NCBI GenBank assembly: GCA_018649885.1
Contig: JABIHA010000126.1
Location: 1 to 64,000, forward strand
Length of the DNA stretch: 64,000 nt
Reading direction: 5' to 3'
From: Bacteriovoracaceae bacterium
Lineage (GTDB): Bacteria > Bdellovibrionota > Bacteriovoracia > Bacteriovoracales > Bacteriovoracaceae
Positions 47,998-57,490 of the stretch are shown piece after piece. The translations under genes were made by a program, and so were the position numbers. The first letter of the stretch is position 1. Each line of letters starts with the position of its first letter. Under the pieces are notes generated by a model. That model searched no databases and was not told where the DNA came from. It worked only from the letters and a program-made list of their open reading frames with translations.

Positions 47998-49206
47998 TCA
48001 GACAAGACCAATACTGACAAGAAAATCTTCGATTTCTATTTTAAGGCCTTTAGCCTTTTCTTTAAGTTGGCCTACAGCTTTTGATATGGAATCTGTTGAG
48101 TTTTTTGCCTTTGTAGCAATTCCCATCATCTCTTCAGCGTGGGTTGATACATTTTTTGACTCTTCAAATACATCCGTTGCACTCACGGCAATATCATTCA
48201 TGGTGGCCGATTGCTCCTCAGCAGAGGTCGCAATTGTGGTGGCTATCTCATCAAGATTTCCAATTATTTTCAGGGAGCCTTCCACTGATTCTACTGAGTC
48301 CTTTGAAAGTGTTTGTATCTCTACAACCATTTTTTCAATATTCTCAGTTGCTCTTCTTGTTTGTGATGACAATTCTTTGACTTCGCCAGCAACAACAGCA
48401 AAACCTTTACCAGCCTCTCCCGCCCTTGCTGCTTCAATAGTAGCATTGAGGGCCAAAAGATTTGTTTGATCTGCAATCTCAGTGATTAACTTAACAACTT
48501 CACCAATATTTTTACTTGCCTTTAAAAGCTCTTCCATAATTTTACTGGTTTCAAGTGTTTTATCTTTTGCACTTTGAGCAAGATTCGCGGCTTGGGTTAT
48601 TTGCTTTCCGATATCTCCAATCGTTGTATGCATTTCCTCTGTTGCAGTTGCTACAGAGGAAATATTTTGGGACATATTAGTAATGGCCTGAACTGTTTCC
48701 TCAGACCGACTTAATGTCCCTTGCACACCTTTTACAACAGTATGATTGCTAAAATCGACTTGCATTGATGCAGCATTAACAACTTCTACTACAGAGTTTA
48801 ACTTTCTTGCGAGCTCTAACTGTTCACCGATAACATCCCAAGTCACCATGTAGTTATCAATTCCCTCAATACTATTAAAGGAAACCTCCCAAACCTGATC
48901 ACTAATTGTCACTCGTGTTTTAAATGGAAGGCTTGAAACTCCTTCATTTATACTCTCACAAGTTTGTTCATCAAAAATTTCATTCAAAGATATACCTTGA
49001 ATTTGCTCTTTCGATTTCGATGAGAGGGACCCAGTGCTGGCAAGAAAATTTAATCCATGATGGTTCACAAAGGTAATTTTAAAACTGTGATCAACAACTA
49101 ACAGATTAATAGGAGCCAATTCAATTAACTTTTGAAAATACTCGTGAGATAAGGCCTGTGCCTCTGATTCAGCAATTTTTAATTTTTTTGTATCAAGGGA
49201 GCTCAC
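47998..49206 (-). CDS. Soluble methyl-accepting chemotaxis protein with N-terminal PAS domain
   Basis: [30 protein letters not shown]; no TM; PAS-like [17 protein letters not shown] start overlaps upstream stop. Confidence 0.92.
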   Translation of the reverse strand: MSSLDTKKLKIAESEAQALSHEYFQKLIELAPINLLVVDHSFKITFVNHHGLNFLASTGSLSSKSKEQIQGISLNEIFDEQTCESINEGVSSLPFKTRVTISDQVWEVSFNSIEGIDNYMVTWDVIGEQLELARKLNSVVEVVNAASMQVDFSNHTVVKGVQGTLSRSEETVQAITNMSQNISSVATATEEMHTTIGDIGKQITQAANLAQSAKDKTLETSKIMEELLKASKNIGEVVKLITEIADQTNLLALNATIEAARAGEAGKGFAVVAGEVKELSSQTRRATENIEKMVVEIQTLSKDSVESVEGSLKIIGNLDEIATTIATSAEEQSATMNDIAVSATDVFEESKNVSTHAEEMMGIATKAKNSTDSISKAVGQLKEKAKGLKIEIEDFLVSIGLV

Positions 49207-49610
49207 TGAACTCCCTTTTCAGTTAAAAAAGCACTATATTTCATATCAGTACCCTGAATATGATCAGTCAGCCAGTCTCTTAAAAACTCCATAATATCAC
49301 TGGAAAGTGTTGCTTTTCCTTGAGCAAAATCTTCTTTAAAGGCAACCACTTTTGCCACAAGAGCTGCATGCTCAGCTTTATGTGCTTCGGCATCGTCATA
49401 ACCGTGTGTGAGAAAGAGCATTTCTTCATACTTAAAGTGCTTAGCAGTGTAATCTACAAGACCTTCAAGGATTGTACTAAGTACATCATTGCCTTTCCCT
49501 TCCATCATTCCATCATGAAGCTGATTTATATATTCTATTAGCTTTTTATGTTGGGTATCTATTGAATTTACTTTTACACTTAAATCGTTACTCCATTCGA
49601 TAATGGCCAT
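49203..49610 (-). CDS. Bacteriohemerythrin
   Basis: [36 protein letters not shown] 49610 with SD GGAGGA. Confidence 0.95.
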   Translation of the reverse strand: MAIIEWSNDLSVKVNSIDTQHKKLIEYINQLHDGMMEGKGNDVLSTILEGLVDYTAKHFKYEEMLFLTHGYDDAEAHKAEHAALVAKVVAFKEDFAQGKATLSSDIMEFLRDWLTDHIQGTDMKYSAFLTEKGVQ

Positions 49611-49650
49611 AACACTTCCTCCAAATTTAGTTTTGTTTACAATGGTCTTA

Positions 49651-49751
49651 TCGATTTTAATCAATAAAACTATAATAAAAGTCATTACTTAATCTAGATA
49701 TTTTGCGCTTAGTTAATACTAGTTTCAAGAGGATTTTTTGATTAAAATCAG
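49651..49751. promoter_or_regulatory. Two FNR-like boxes
   Basis: TCGAT-TTTA-ATCAA (49651-49664) and TTGAT-TAAA-ATCAG (49738-49751), each one mismatch from TTGAT-N4-ATCAA. Confidence 0.45.
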
Positions 49752-49937
49752 GGATTATGATGCCAATCATAGTTATGTGAAAAAAATATAAAGTGGACCT
49801 TAATAAACCAGCAACTAACAGTCCAAATCTATCAAATACTTGTTAATTACCTAATATAAAAGGTGGGTCTTTATTAAGACCACATTTTCACATAAAAACT
49901 GCAATGCCCTGAAAAAAAAATCTGGTGGGTTCATTCT

Positions 49938-50483
49938 ATGTTAATTATTAACTCGCAAATACACAGGATAAAAACCATGACAACAGTTTTTTCATCTAAG
50001 AATGGAGTGAAATTATATTCCCAAGTTGGACAGCTTGGAGCTACTACTTGCTTTGATAATGTGAAATGGAAAAGCCTTGGCGGTGATTACTATCAATTCC
50101 ATTATCCAGATGATTTTAATATTTCATTTCCAGACAATAAAAAGGACTATGTAAGAAAACTAAAAGATTGTTTTCCCCAAGAAAAAGACCAAATCTCTCG
50201 GTATTTTTCACTATTAGATAGCGCGGTTAAGAGTGCTCAAAGTTATTTTGCCTTCAAGCTATTGCCTATTAACCTAGATAAATTCTTAACAAAAATCCTT
50301 AACACGGCCTCTACAAAATGGTGGACCCAAACCACTGAAGAAGTTCTTGATCACTTAGGAATTTCCAATCGACTGAAGAGTGTTTTGACTGCGCAGTGGG
50401 GCTACTATGGCAGCACCCCCCTTGAATCCTCCTTTGCACTACACGCCATGGTAGCTCCACATTTTTCTCATGGAGCATATTAG
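49938..50483 (+). pseudogene. Internal fragment of a phytoene-desaturase / retinol-saturase-like FAD oxidoreductase
   Basis: FP.EK..I..YF, LKSVLTAQWGYYG..P..SSF..HA.V..HF..GAY then TAGTAG; no GxGxxG N-terminus; C-terminal half missing. Confidence 0.7.
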
Positions 50484-50649
50484 TAGGGGCGATGTAAGCG
50501 GAATTTTAACAGCTTCTGTAATAGACAGGCGAATAACACGATATTTAATTTAGATATCAAGTGCTTAGAAAATGTAAATATTTCAACAGAGGACATCCTT
50601 GAAGCAAGACAATATACAATATGAAAAACGCAAATACGGGCGCGGGACA

Positions 50650-51474
50650 ATGAATTTAGATATCTTCACATATACATCTGTGAGACCTTTTCTCAATGAC
50701 TACTTCAATGAAAGTAAGTTGATTAAATCTCTTTCTCTCAGAAGATGGTCTCAAACCATGGGCTTTAGATCCCATTCAACACTCCATGATCTACTCAAGG
50801 GTAAGAAAAAAATAACCTTGTCCCATCTATTCTATCTTACAAATGGACTCGAATTATCTGATAAAGAAAAGCAGTATTTAAGCCTATTAATACAGTATGA
50901 GAATGCTAAAGACAGCACAGAAAAAAGGCCTATCGAAAAAGCTATTATTGAAATTAGACCTGAAGAAAGTACCGTTGTTCTTCAGGAGCAAACATTTAAA
51001 ATGATATCTGAATGGTTCCACATGGCGATACTGGAGTTTTGCAAACAAAGTAATGTATCGCCCTCTGTTAGTGAGATCAAAAGTGGTCTTTCAAAAATTG
51101 TATCTGCTCAGCAAGTAGATAGCGGAATAAGAAGGCTCGTGACACTAGGTCTGCTTGAAGAAGAGTATCACGCCGAAAACTATACATATAAACCAAGACA
51201 AAATAGGTTAACCACAACAGATGGAGTTAGTAGTGAGGCGATTAGAAACCACCACGGACAGGTTCTCGAAGTGGCAAAAGTTGCACTGAAAAGTCAAGGC
51301 CCTGAAGAGAGAATATCTAATAGTTGTGCCATGGCCATTGATAGCTCAAAGCTCCTAATGGCCCAAGACCTCATAACAGAATTTAGATCTAAACTTTACA
51401 ATATGCTGGGAACAGGACCTGTGAAGGATAAAACATACCAGCTCACCATACAGCTATTTAACCTGACAAATTAA
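50650..51474 (+). CDS. TIGR02147 / DUF4423 family HTH protein
   Basis: IFTY..RPFL.DYF, SLRRWS..MGF.S, ISEWFHMAILE, AIRNHH.Q, YQLTIQLF. Confidence 0.88.
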   Translation: MNLDIFTYTSVRPFLNDYFNESKLIKSLSLRRWSQTMGFRSHSTLHDLLKGKKKITLSHLFYLTNGLELSDKEKQYLSLLIQYENAKDSTEKRPIEKAIIEIRPEESTVVLQEQTFKMISEWFHMAILEFCKQSNVSPSVSEIKSGLSKIVSAQQVDSGIRRLVTLGLLEEEYHAENYTYKPRQNRLTTTDGVSSEAIRNHHGQVLEVAKVALKSQGPEERISNSCAMAIDSSKLLMAQDLITEFRSKLYNMLGTGPVKDKTYQLTIQLFNLTN

Positions 51475-51483
51475 GAGGATAAA

Positions 51484-52203
51484 ATGAAAAAGATTTTCGC
51501 ACTATTTGGAATTCTAGCTATACTCAGCTCAGCGGATGCTAAAGAATCTGGTCCGGGAAATGGAGGAATCGTTAACGTCTGTGCCGATTTTGATAAAGAT
51601 GAAATTCAACATATCTATAAAATTGAACCACTCGATGTATATGATACCCAAAAAAGGGGAATAGACCTTCTAACAAGCGAAGAACTATATACTAAGCAAA
51701 TTGAAAGTTTTTTAAAGAGAGTTAAAATTATCACCAATGTTTTTCATGCTGATCTTGAAAAGATAAGCCGCATATTACCCGGAAATTTAATTCCCCACCC
51801 TGCCCACCAGTTGAAAGTAACAGATGTTCTAGAATCTGATCTTCCTCATGCAAAAGAATACTGTGGCACAAATGGAAGCTATAAGGCGCTGCCTGTTTTC
51901 CAATATATGGATGACGTAACAGCTTTTAGCAAAGGTGAAAGGCTAGATCTAACAGACCTTGTAAACGACAAGCTTCTGTTTAACTCTGAGTTATTTGAGG
52001 CCTTGAGCGAATTCAATAAAGCGGTGATTACCGCTCATGAGTTGGTCTACACAGCGATTAGATTTAGGCTCAATCGGAATTACCAGCAGGCCAAACCTGA
52101 AACATCTAGACTTGCGAGGAAATTAGTAGGGTTTTTCTTTGCTCGCGAGTTAAGTGAAGCGCAGAAAAAAGAGATTCGCTTGAAAATTAGTACAATCTAT
52201 TAA
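51484..52203 (+). CDS. Secreted GNGG-motif hypothetical protein
   Basis: Signal, SGPGNGG..C, EPLDVY, KAVITAHELVY, SRLARKLVG. Confidence 0.8.
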   Translation: MKKIFALFGILAILSSADAKESGPGNGGIVNVCADFDKDEIQHIYKIEPLDVYDTQKRGIDLLTSEELYTKQIESFLKRVKIITNVFHADLEKISRILPGNLIPHPAHQLKVTDVLESDLPHAKEYCGTNGSYKALPVFQYMDDVTAFSKGERLDLTDLVNDKLLFNSELFEALSEFNKAVITAHELVYTAIRFRLNRNYQQAKPETSRLARKLVGFFFARELSEAQKKEIRLKISTIY

Positions 52204-52311
52204 ACTACTCAAGCTTTGCTAGGTGGGTTGACACACTTTTTCGCACCCACTCTTCCACTAATCTCAATATTTTGAAATAATGGCACGGTACATTTTATTC
52301 AAGGATGAATT

Positions 52312-52701
52312 ATGAAAACTCTTGCCCTCTGCCTGACCCTACTATTTTCTCTAAGTGCTTTCAGTGAAATCATAGATGTTGAATTTGATATCAAATATAA
52401 TTCTGGTAAAACTATGAGACAGCAAAAGGGAAAAATAGCCGCTAAAATTGGCCATGCCTTCTCCCTTGAAACTGATGCCTTTAAGGCCGAATTTACCCCC
52501 ACGCTGGAAAGAAAGAAAGGTGTATCCAATCCTTCTGTGCACTTAGAGGGATTTATCTATAGAAAGGATGGCAAAAAATTAATTCAGCTGAGCAATCCAA
52601 CAGTCATTGTTCAGCTTGGCAAAAGTGCTGTAATTACTAGCGAAGGCGAAAATGGGCTAAATATTTCATTTAGTATCACTCCCAAGAACCTAATTAAGTA
52701 A
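52312..52701 (+). CDS. Secreted hypothetical protein
   Basis: SD AAGGA, signal ending SAFS, beta-rich. Confidence 0.75.
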   Translation: MKTLALCLTLLFSLSAFSEIIDVEFDIKYNSGKTMRQQKGKIAAKIGHAFSLETDAFKAEFTPTLERKKGVSNPSVHLEGFIYRKDGKKLIQLSNPTVIVQLGKSAVITSEGENGLNISFSITPKNLIK

Positions 52702-52781
52702 AAAGTTTGATAGGTCAAACTTTTGTTTGACCCTACTACAAAGCTGTGATATAGAGACTACTTAGAAAGAGGTATCTCTAT

Positions 52782-53027
52782 ATGGAAAAATGCTTAATTG
52801 AAGCTCAAATTGGTGTTGAAAGCACAATCTCATCAGTAGTTAGCTATCCAGGTGAAGAGGATTTTGCTCTACGTCTGGCCCATTTGGGATTCATCCAAGG
52901 TCAAAAAATCACTATTTTAAAAGTCGCTCCTATTTTTGGAGAACCTATTCTAATCTCCCTCAGAGGAGGCCAGTTGGCGCTCACCAAAAAAGAGGCCAGC
53001 TGTATTATGGTTGAAAGGAAACAATAA
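52782..53027 (+). CDS. feoA: Ferrous iron transport protein A
   Basis: RLAHLGF..G, APIFGEPI..LRG..LAL.K.EA. Confidence 0.9.
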   Translation: MEKCLIEAQIGVESTISSVVSYPGEEDFALRLAHLGFIQGQKITILKVAPIFGEPILISLRGGQLALTKKEASCIMVERKQ

Positions 53028-53028
53028 A

Positions 53029-54909
53029 ATGAGAGGAGAAGCAAAATATTTCACACCCCTAGTGGCGTTAGCGGGAACTCCTAATTGCGGAAAATCCTCA
53101 CTCTTTAATATTTTGACAGGCAAAAATCAAAGAACTGGAAATTTTCCTGGCATCACTGTTGAAAAGAAAATGGGAGATGTGAAATGGGCAAACTCATTAT
53201 ATAGACTGATTGATCTTCCTGGTACCTACAGCCTCGACACCAGAACACTAGATGAAAAAGTGGCCAAAGACGTCTTATTTGGTCTTGATAAAAATGTAGC
53301 AAAACCACACCTCATCGTGGTTGTTGTGGACTCTACTAACCTTGGTAAAAGTCTCTACCTTCCACTTGAAATTAAAAAGCTTGGCATCCCCATGATCGTG
53401 GCCTTGAATCTATATGACCTAGCGACTGAGCGTGGGCAAGTAATCGATATTGCCAAATTCGAAAGAGAGTTAGGCATACCCGTAGTAACAAGTGTGGCCA
53501 CCAATAAAAACGGAGCTAAAGAGCTAAGTTTGAAAATTGAAAAAATGCTAGAGTCACTAACTGATCTTAATGCAAGTGTTGATCCGAATACCATAAAAGT
53601 ATTTCGAGATATGAGTTTTATCAATAAAACCTTTAAAGAAGTTGATGATATTCTGGAAAGCTCTGTTCAATCAAAAATTAAGCCCGACAACATCACCCAA
53701 AGAATTGATCGCTGGGCACTTCATCCCGTAATTGGACCCACCTTTCTTGTTTTTGCCTTTTTAATTATGTTCCAAGCTATTTTTTCTTGGTCTGGTCCCT
53801 TGATGGATGTTGTTGATTCAGCTGTAGGAATGCTTAGCCAGTACGCTTCCGGTGCTCTTGGAAAAGGTCTACTTGGAAGCTTTGTAGTAGATGGAATTAT
53901 TGGCGGAGTGGGAAATGTTATTATCTTTTTACCACAAATTCTTATTCTCTTTTTATTTGTATTGATCCTTGAAGATGTTGGATATATGGGAAGGGCCGCT
54001 TTTATTCTAGACAATATAATGAGAAGACTCGGACTACCTGGAAAAGCAGTTGTACCACTCTTATCTTCCCATGCTTGCGCTATACCTGGAATTATGGCCG
54101 CCAGAACTCTGGCCGATGATAAAGACCGTCTGACAACTATGATGATTGCACCTCTCACTCAATGCTCAGCAAGACTTCCCGTTTTTGCCTTACTAATTGG
54201 TGCCTTCTTTGCCGCCGATACAACTCTTTGGGGAGTGCTTAATCTATCGGGACTGATAATGTTTGGTCTCTACATGGTTGGAATTGTCAGTGCTTTTATT
54301 ATGGCCGCAGTTTTTAAAAGAACAGTACTTTCAGGATCTCCCTCACATCTATTGATGGAGCTTCCTCCTTACCGCTTACCCGATATAAAACAAGTTTTAA
54401 AAGGTCTTTGGAATAGGGCCAAAATTTTTATAAAAAGAGCTGGTACTATCATCTTAGCTCTTTCCATGCTGATATGGGTTCTTGTGAGTTTTCCAAAAGA
54501 TCAAAATGGCGAAACCCAAATTGGTGAGAGTTACGCAGCAACTGTGGGAAAGGCCATTGAGCCAATATTTAGACCACTGGGATTTGACTGGAGAATAACC
54601 ACCGCTCTCATTCCCAGCTTTGGGGCCAGAGAAATTGTGGTCTCGTCTCTTGGAACTGTTCTATCTATTGAAGGTGACCCTGACTCAGATGAATTTTCAA
54701 GCTCACTTGGCACAAAAATATCTAAAACCTTTTCCGTTGCCACTCTACTATCACTACTTGTGTGGTTTATATTTGCCCCTCAATGTGTTTCAACCTTTGC
54801 CATTATGAGAAGGGAAACCGGTGGATGGAAGTGGCCTGCGGTCATGGGACTTTACACGCTTGCACTGGCCTATTTTTTCTCCTTTATCACCTATCAAATC
54901 ATGGCATAG
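53029..54909 (+). CDS. feoB: Ferrous iron transporter B
   Basis: GTPNCGKS, NFPGITVEK, DLPGTYSL, LEDVGYM.RAAF, CSARLP, MELPPYR. Confidence 0.96.
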   Translation: MRGEAKYFTPLVALAGTPNCGKSSLFNILTGKNQRTGNFPGITVEKKMGDVKWANSLYRLIDLPGTYSLDTRTLDEKVAKDVLFGLDKNVAKPHLIVVVVDSTNLGKSLYLPLEIKKLGIPMIVALNLYDLATERGQVIDIAKFERELGIPVVTSVATNKNGAKELSLKIEKMLESLTDLNASVDPNTIKVFRDMSFINKTFKEVDDILESSVQSKIKPDNITQRIDRWALHPVIGPTFLVFAFLIMFQAIFSWSGPLMDVVDSAVGMLSQYASGALGKGLLGSFVVDGIIGGVGNVIIFLPQILILFLFVLILEDVGYMGRAAFILDNIMRRLGLPGKAVVPLLSSHACAIPGIMAARTLADDKDRLTTMMIAPLTQCSARLPVFALLIGAFFAADTTLWGVLNLSGLIMFGLYMVGIVSAFIMAAVFKRTVLSGSPSHLLMELPPYRLPDIKQVLKGLWNRAKIFIKRAGTIILALSMLIWVLVSFPKDQNGETQIGESYAATVGKAIEPIFRPLGFDWRITTALIPSFGAREIVVSSLGTVLSIEGDPDSDEFSSSLGTKISKTFSVATLLSLLVWFIFAPQCVSTFAIMRRETGGWKWPAVMGLYTLALAYFFSFITYQIMA

Positions 54910-55059
54910 TAAAGAAAAGTGAATAAGGAACAGCTGAAAGCTGCTCCATGAAACACTTTTAGACACTCTTAATCTAAGAATCATTAATTATTTTTGCAGT
55001 GAACCCGAGTTATAATCCTCAGGCCATATAATTGTGGTCACTATTTCTGGGGGGAAAGA

Positions 55060-55635
55060 ATGAGTAAGTACTTCATTTTAGTTGGAATATTCATTTTTCT
55101 ACAAAATAGCAACCTAGTAGCAGAAAGAATTATAGATGTGGGAGATTTACCTGATGACTTAGTCAATTACAGTGACTACCTCGTCTGCGTAAAAAATAAG
55201 GTCGAATCTATTATTGATGTAGGCGATCTTCCTGATGGAATTATCGATGTGGGTGACCTCCCCGATGGAATTATCGATGTGGGTGACCTCCCTGATGGAA
55301 TTATCGATGTCGGTGACCTCCCTGATGGAATTATCGATGTCGGTGACCTCCCCGATGGAATTATCGATGTCGGTGACCTCCCCGATGGAATTATCGATGT
55401 AGGTGATCTTCCCGATGGTTTTTTACCTGCTAAGCTATTAGGTCATTGTATTATTGATGTAGGCGATTTACCGGGCGGAATAATAGATGTTGGTGATCTT
55501 CCTGATGGGGTTATTGATACTCAGAAGTTCCTTGTATGTGTTGGTAATGCGCTCCAAGTTTCAATAGATTCCGCTAAAGTAGCAAAGCTTCAAAGAGCTT
55601 ACCCAATAAGTGAGTTTGTACATTGTGTGCCCTAA
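55060..55635 (+). CDS. Secreted protein with ten IIDVGDLPDG-type decapeptide repeats
   Basis: Signal-like N-terminus; synonymous third-position variation among repeats supports this frame; four Cys outside the repeats. Confidence 0.8.
   Translation: MSKYFILVGIFIFLQNSNLVAERIIDVGDLPDDLVNYSDYLVCVKNKVESIIDVGDLPDGIIDVGDLPDGIIDVGDLPDGIIDVGDLPDGIIDVGDLPDGIIDVGDLPDGIIDVGDLPDGFLPAKLLGHCIIDVGDLPGGIIDVGDLPDGVIDTQKFLVCVGNALQVSIDSAKVAKLQRAYPISEFVHCVP
55210..55509 (+). repeat. 30-bp coding tandem repeat (7 + 2 copies separated by one 30-bp non-repeat unit)
   Basis: ATTATCGATGTNGGTGACCTCCCYGATGGA-type units at 55210-55419 and 55450-55509; one more copy near 55129. Confidence 0.92.
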
Positions 55636-55644
55636 TGAAAGTTT

Positions 55645-56427
55645 TTAATCAAAAGTTGGATAGTATTCATACATGGTGTTTCCACCGCCTACGATGTCTT
55701 GCTCACCAAGAAAACGAAAGTCTAATAGGATTTTGGCCAAGTCTTCGACTTTCACACCTGTTTCATTTTTTAGCAGATGTCCAAGAACAATTCGAGTACT
55801 CCGGCTATCAGCTCCACCCAACTTTCGGGCAAGTAGATAAAAGTATTCGTGCATGAAAAGAACCGCTTTTCCCATTACCGAATGCTTTGGATGAAAAAAG
55901 AGCCTGTGATCAATATTGAGAAAATTTCTTCCCTCTTCTTTAAATTGAATCGCCATGGTTGTGACCGTGCATAATTTAGTGTTGTAATGTGCAACACTTT
56001 TTTCGTCGAATATTGGGATCAATCCAAGATCGTGCCAAATTGTATTGTCGCCAGAAAATTCTTTTTGAGTACTGCGAATTTTTTCACCAAGAGGTGGAAT
56101 ACTGACTTCGATTCTCTGCACCAATCTTTCTAGGTATTGTAAAAATGATTCTGATTGATAAGGAGTAGCAAGCTTTGGTGCTCTATGATCTATCCCTCGT
56201 CTTTGTTTTGCATAATAAAGATCAATGGGTTCGATGAATGTAATTTCTGTTAATTGAGAGTCGTTAATATAGCCCAGATTATCTCTGACCTTGTCTGCAA
56301 CTTCTTTTGTTTGGAAACACACGAGACCTCTTCCGCCACCCGAGTCCATTCCACCAGAGAACGCTCGCGCACTTGCAAGAAGAGCAAAAACTAATACTAC
56401 TAATCTAATTCTTTCCGTCATGGTCAT
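55645..56427 (-). CDS. Secreted GGxxSGGG-motif hypothetical protein
   Basis: Signal ending RAFS, GGMDSGGG..LVC, EPIDLY, KAVLFMHEYFY, SRSTRIVLG; start 56427 or 56421. Confidence 0.8.
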   Translation of the reverse strand: MTMTERIRLVVLVFALLASARAFSGGMDSGGGRGLVCFQTKEVADKVRDNLGYINDSQLTEITFIEPIDLYYAKQRRGIDHRAPKLATPYQSESFLQYLERLVQRIEVSIPPLGEKIRSTQKEFSGDNTIWHDLGLIPIFDEKSVAHYNTKLCTVTTMAIQFKEEGRNFLNIDHRLFFHPKHSVMGKAVLFMHEYFYLLARKLGGADSRSTRIVLGHLLKNETGVKVEDLAKILLDFRFLGEQDIVGGGNTMYEYYPTFD

Positions 56428-56543
56428 ATACCTTAGGTTAATCCGTTTACCTAGAATCTCACAAGGAGATTTTTTCAATGTAAGTTTTTAACTAAATGAG
56501 CCTCTTTGGAAAATTTTCCCCAAAGAGCCGCATTTAATTTACC

Positions 56544-57368
56544 TTAGATTATTGGCGAATACCAGCACGCTGGTCTTACACCTAATCTATCACCCTTATT
56601 CCTCGAACAGTATCCTTGATCTGGATCAAGGTCACTGACTTCTTCATCACTAGAAACTTTACACAAAGCACCTTGAAAGTATGTGTCTAAGCGGCATTGA
56701 GGAGATATATTTTTAATACCTTGCTCGCCAAAATCTTCAAGAGAACTTGTGTGAAAATCTGCATTGGGGACCACCCCTCGTAGGATTTGTAAAAACCAGG
56801 CCAAGCTTCTCCCTGCGTGAGAGGAGCGAATGCACTTGGCCTGGTTTTCTAACTCTTTAAAGGTCGATTTGCAGAGGGCAGAAACATACGGATGTATGTC
56901 AATTTGTTTTAATTCATTTACGTGATCATCTCCGTCCAGATATCTCTTCATACACTTAGAAGTGGCGAAGTAATCTGCTTGCGGAGAGATACTATACTTT
57001 GGCTTTGATTTGCTCACGATGGACGCGCCACCGATAAGTCTTCCAATTGAATAACAATAGACCAAAGCCAAAGAATCTTTTGTCATATAAGCACCGCGTG
57101 CCATCCCGCCCATAACAGTCACGATGTAGCGACTTCCCATGGTTCTTGAATAGGCTTGAGGTGCTGCATCTTCCCAACGGTCCTCAATAATTAGTTTTAG
57201 ACCCTTGGCGGCAAAGTGTGGCACGTATAGGGCAGACATTTTCTTGCGGACGCTCTCATAATCTTTATTGCTAAGCTGAGATGCTGCATTAACTTGACCA
57301 CCAAAAAAAAAGGCCATCCCTATTAAGAGAAATTGAATGTTTTTAAGGGAAATTAACTTAAAAAACAT
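56544..57368 (-). CDS. Secreted M48-like zincin homolog with lost Zn ligands
   Basis: W...QAYS, GGMAR..MTKD.LALVYC-YSIGR-LIGG, QADYFATSKC, QCRLDTYFQGALC, RPACWY. Confidence 0.7.
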   Translation of the reverse strand: MFFKLISLKNIQFLLIGMAFFFGGQVNAASQLSNKDYESVRKKMSALYVPHFAAKGLKLIIEDRWEDAAPQAYSRTMGSRYIVTVMGGMARGAYMTKDSLALVYCYSIGRLIGGASIVSKSKPKYSISPQADYFATSKCMKRYLDGDDHVNELKQIDIHPYVSALCKSTFKELENQAKCIRSSHAGRSLAWFLQILRGVVPNADFHTSSLEDFGEQGIKNISPQCRLDTYFQGALCKVSSDEEVSDLDPDQGYCSRNKGDRLGVRPACWYSPII

Positions 57369-57490
57369 AGGTCCCCCGCCTCCGTTGAAGAGAAACTAAT
57401 TTGCGATGTATTAAGCCTAGGGGGCTATATTTGAAAAAAACATATTTTTTTAGTAAATAATATATGAATAACTTTACCAAATGGTAATCA

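Noticed and set aside
49195..49215. Frameshifted hemerythrin-MCP fusion
   Set aside because: Hemerythrin ends at its normal length and the MCP has its own SD (AAGGGAG) with a standard GTGA overlap
50478..50490. Stop-codon readthrough or recoding in the desaturase fragment
   Set aside because: Two tandem TAGs, no convincing continuation, and TAG is used as a normal stop elsewhere in the window
55210..55509. CRISPR or non-coding 30-bp repeat
   Set aside because: Units are contiguous with no spacers and differ synonymously within an ORF
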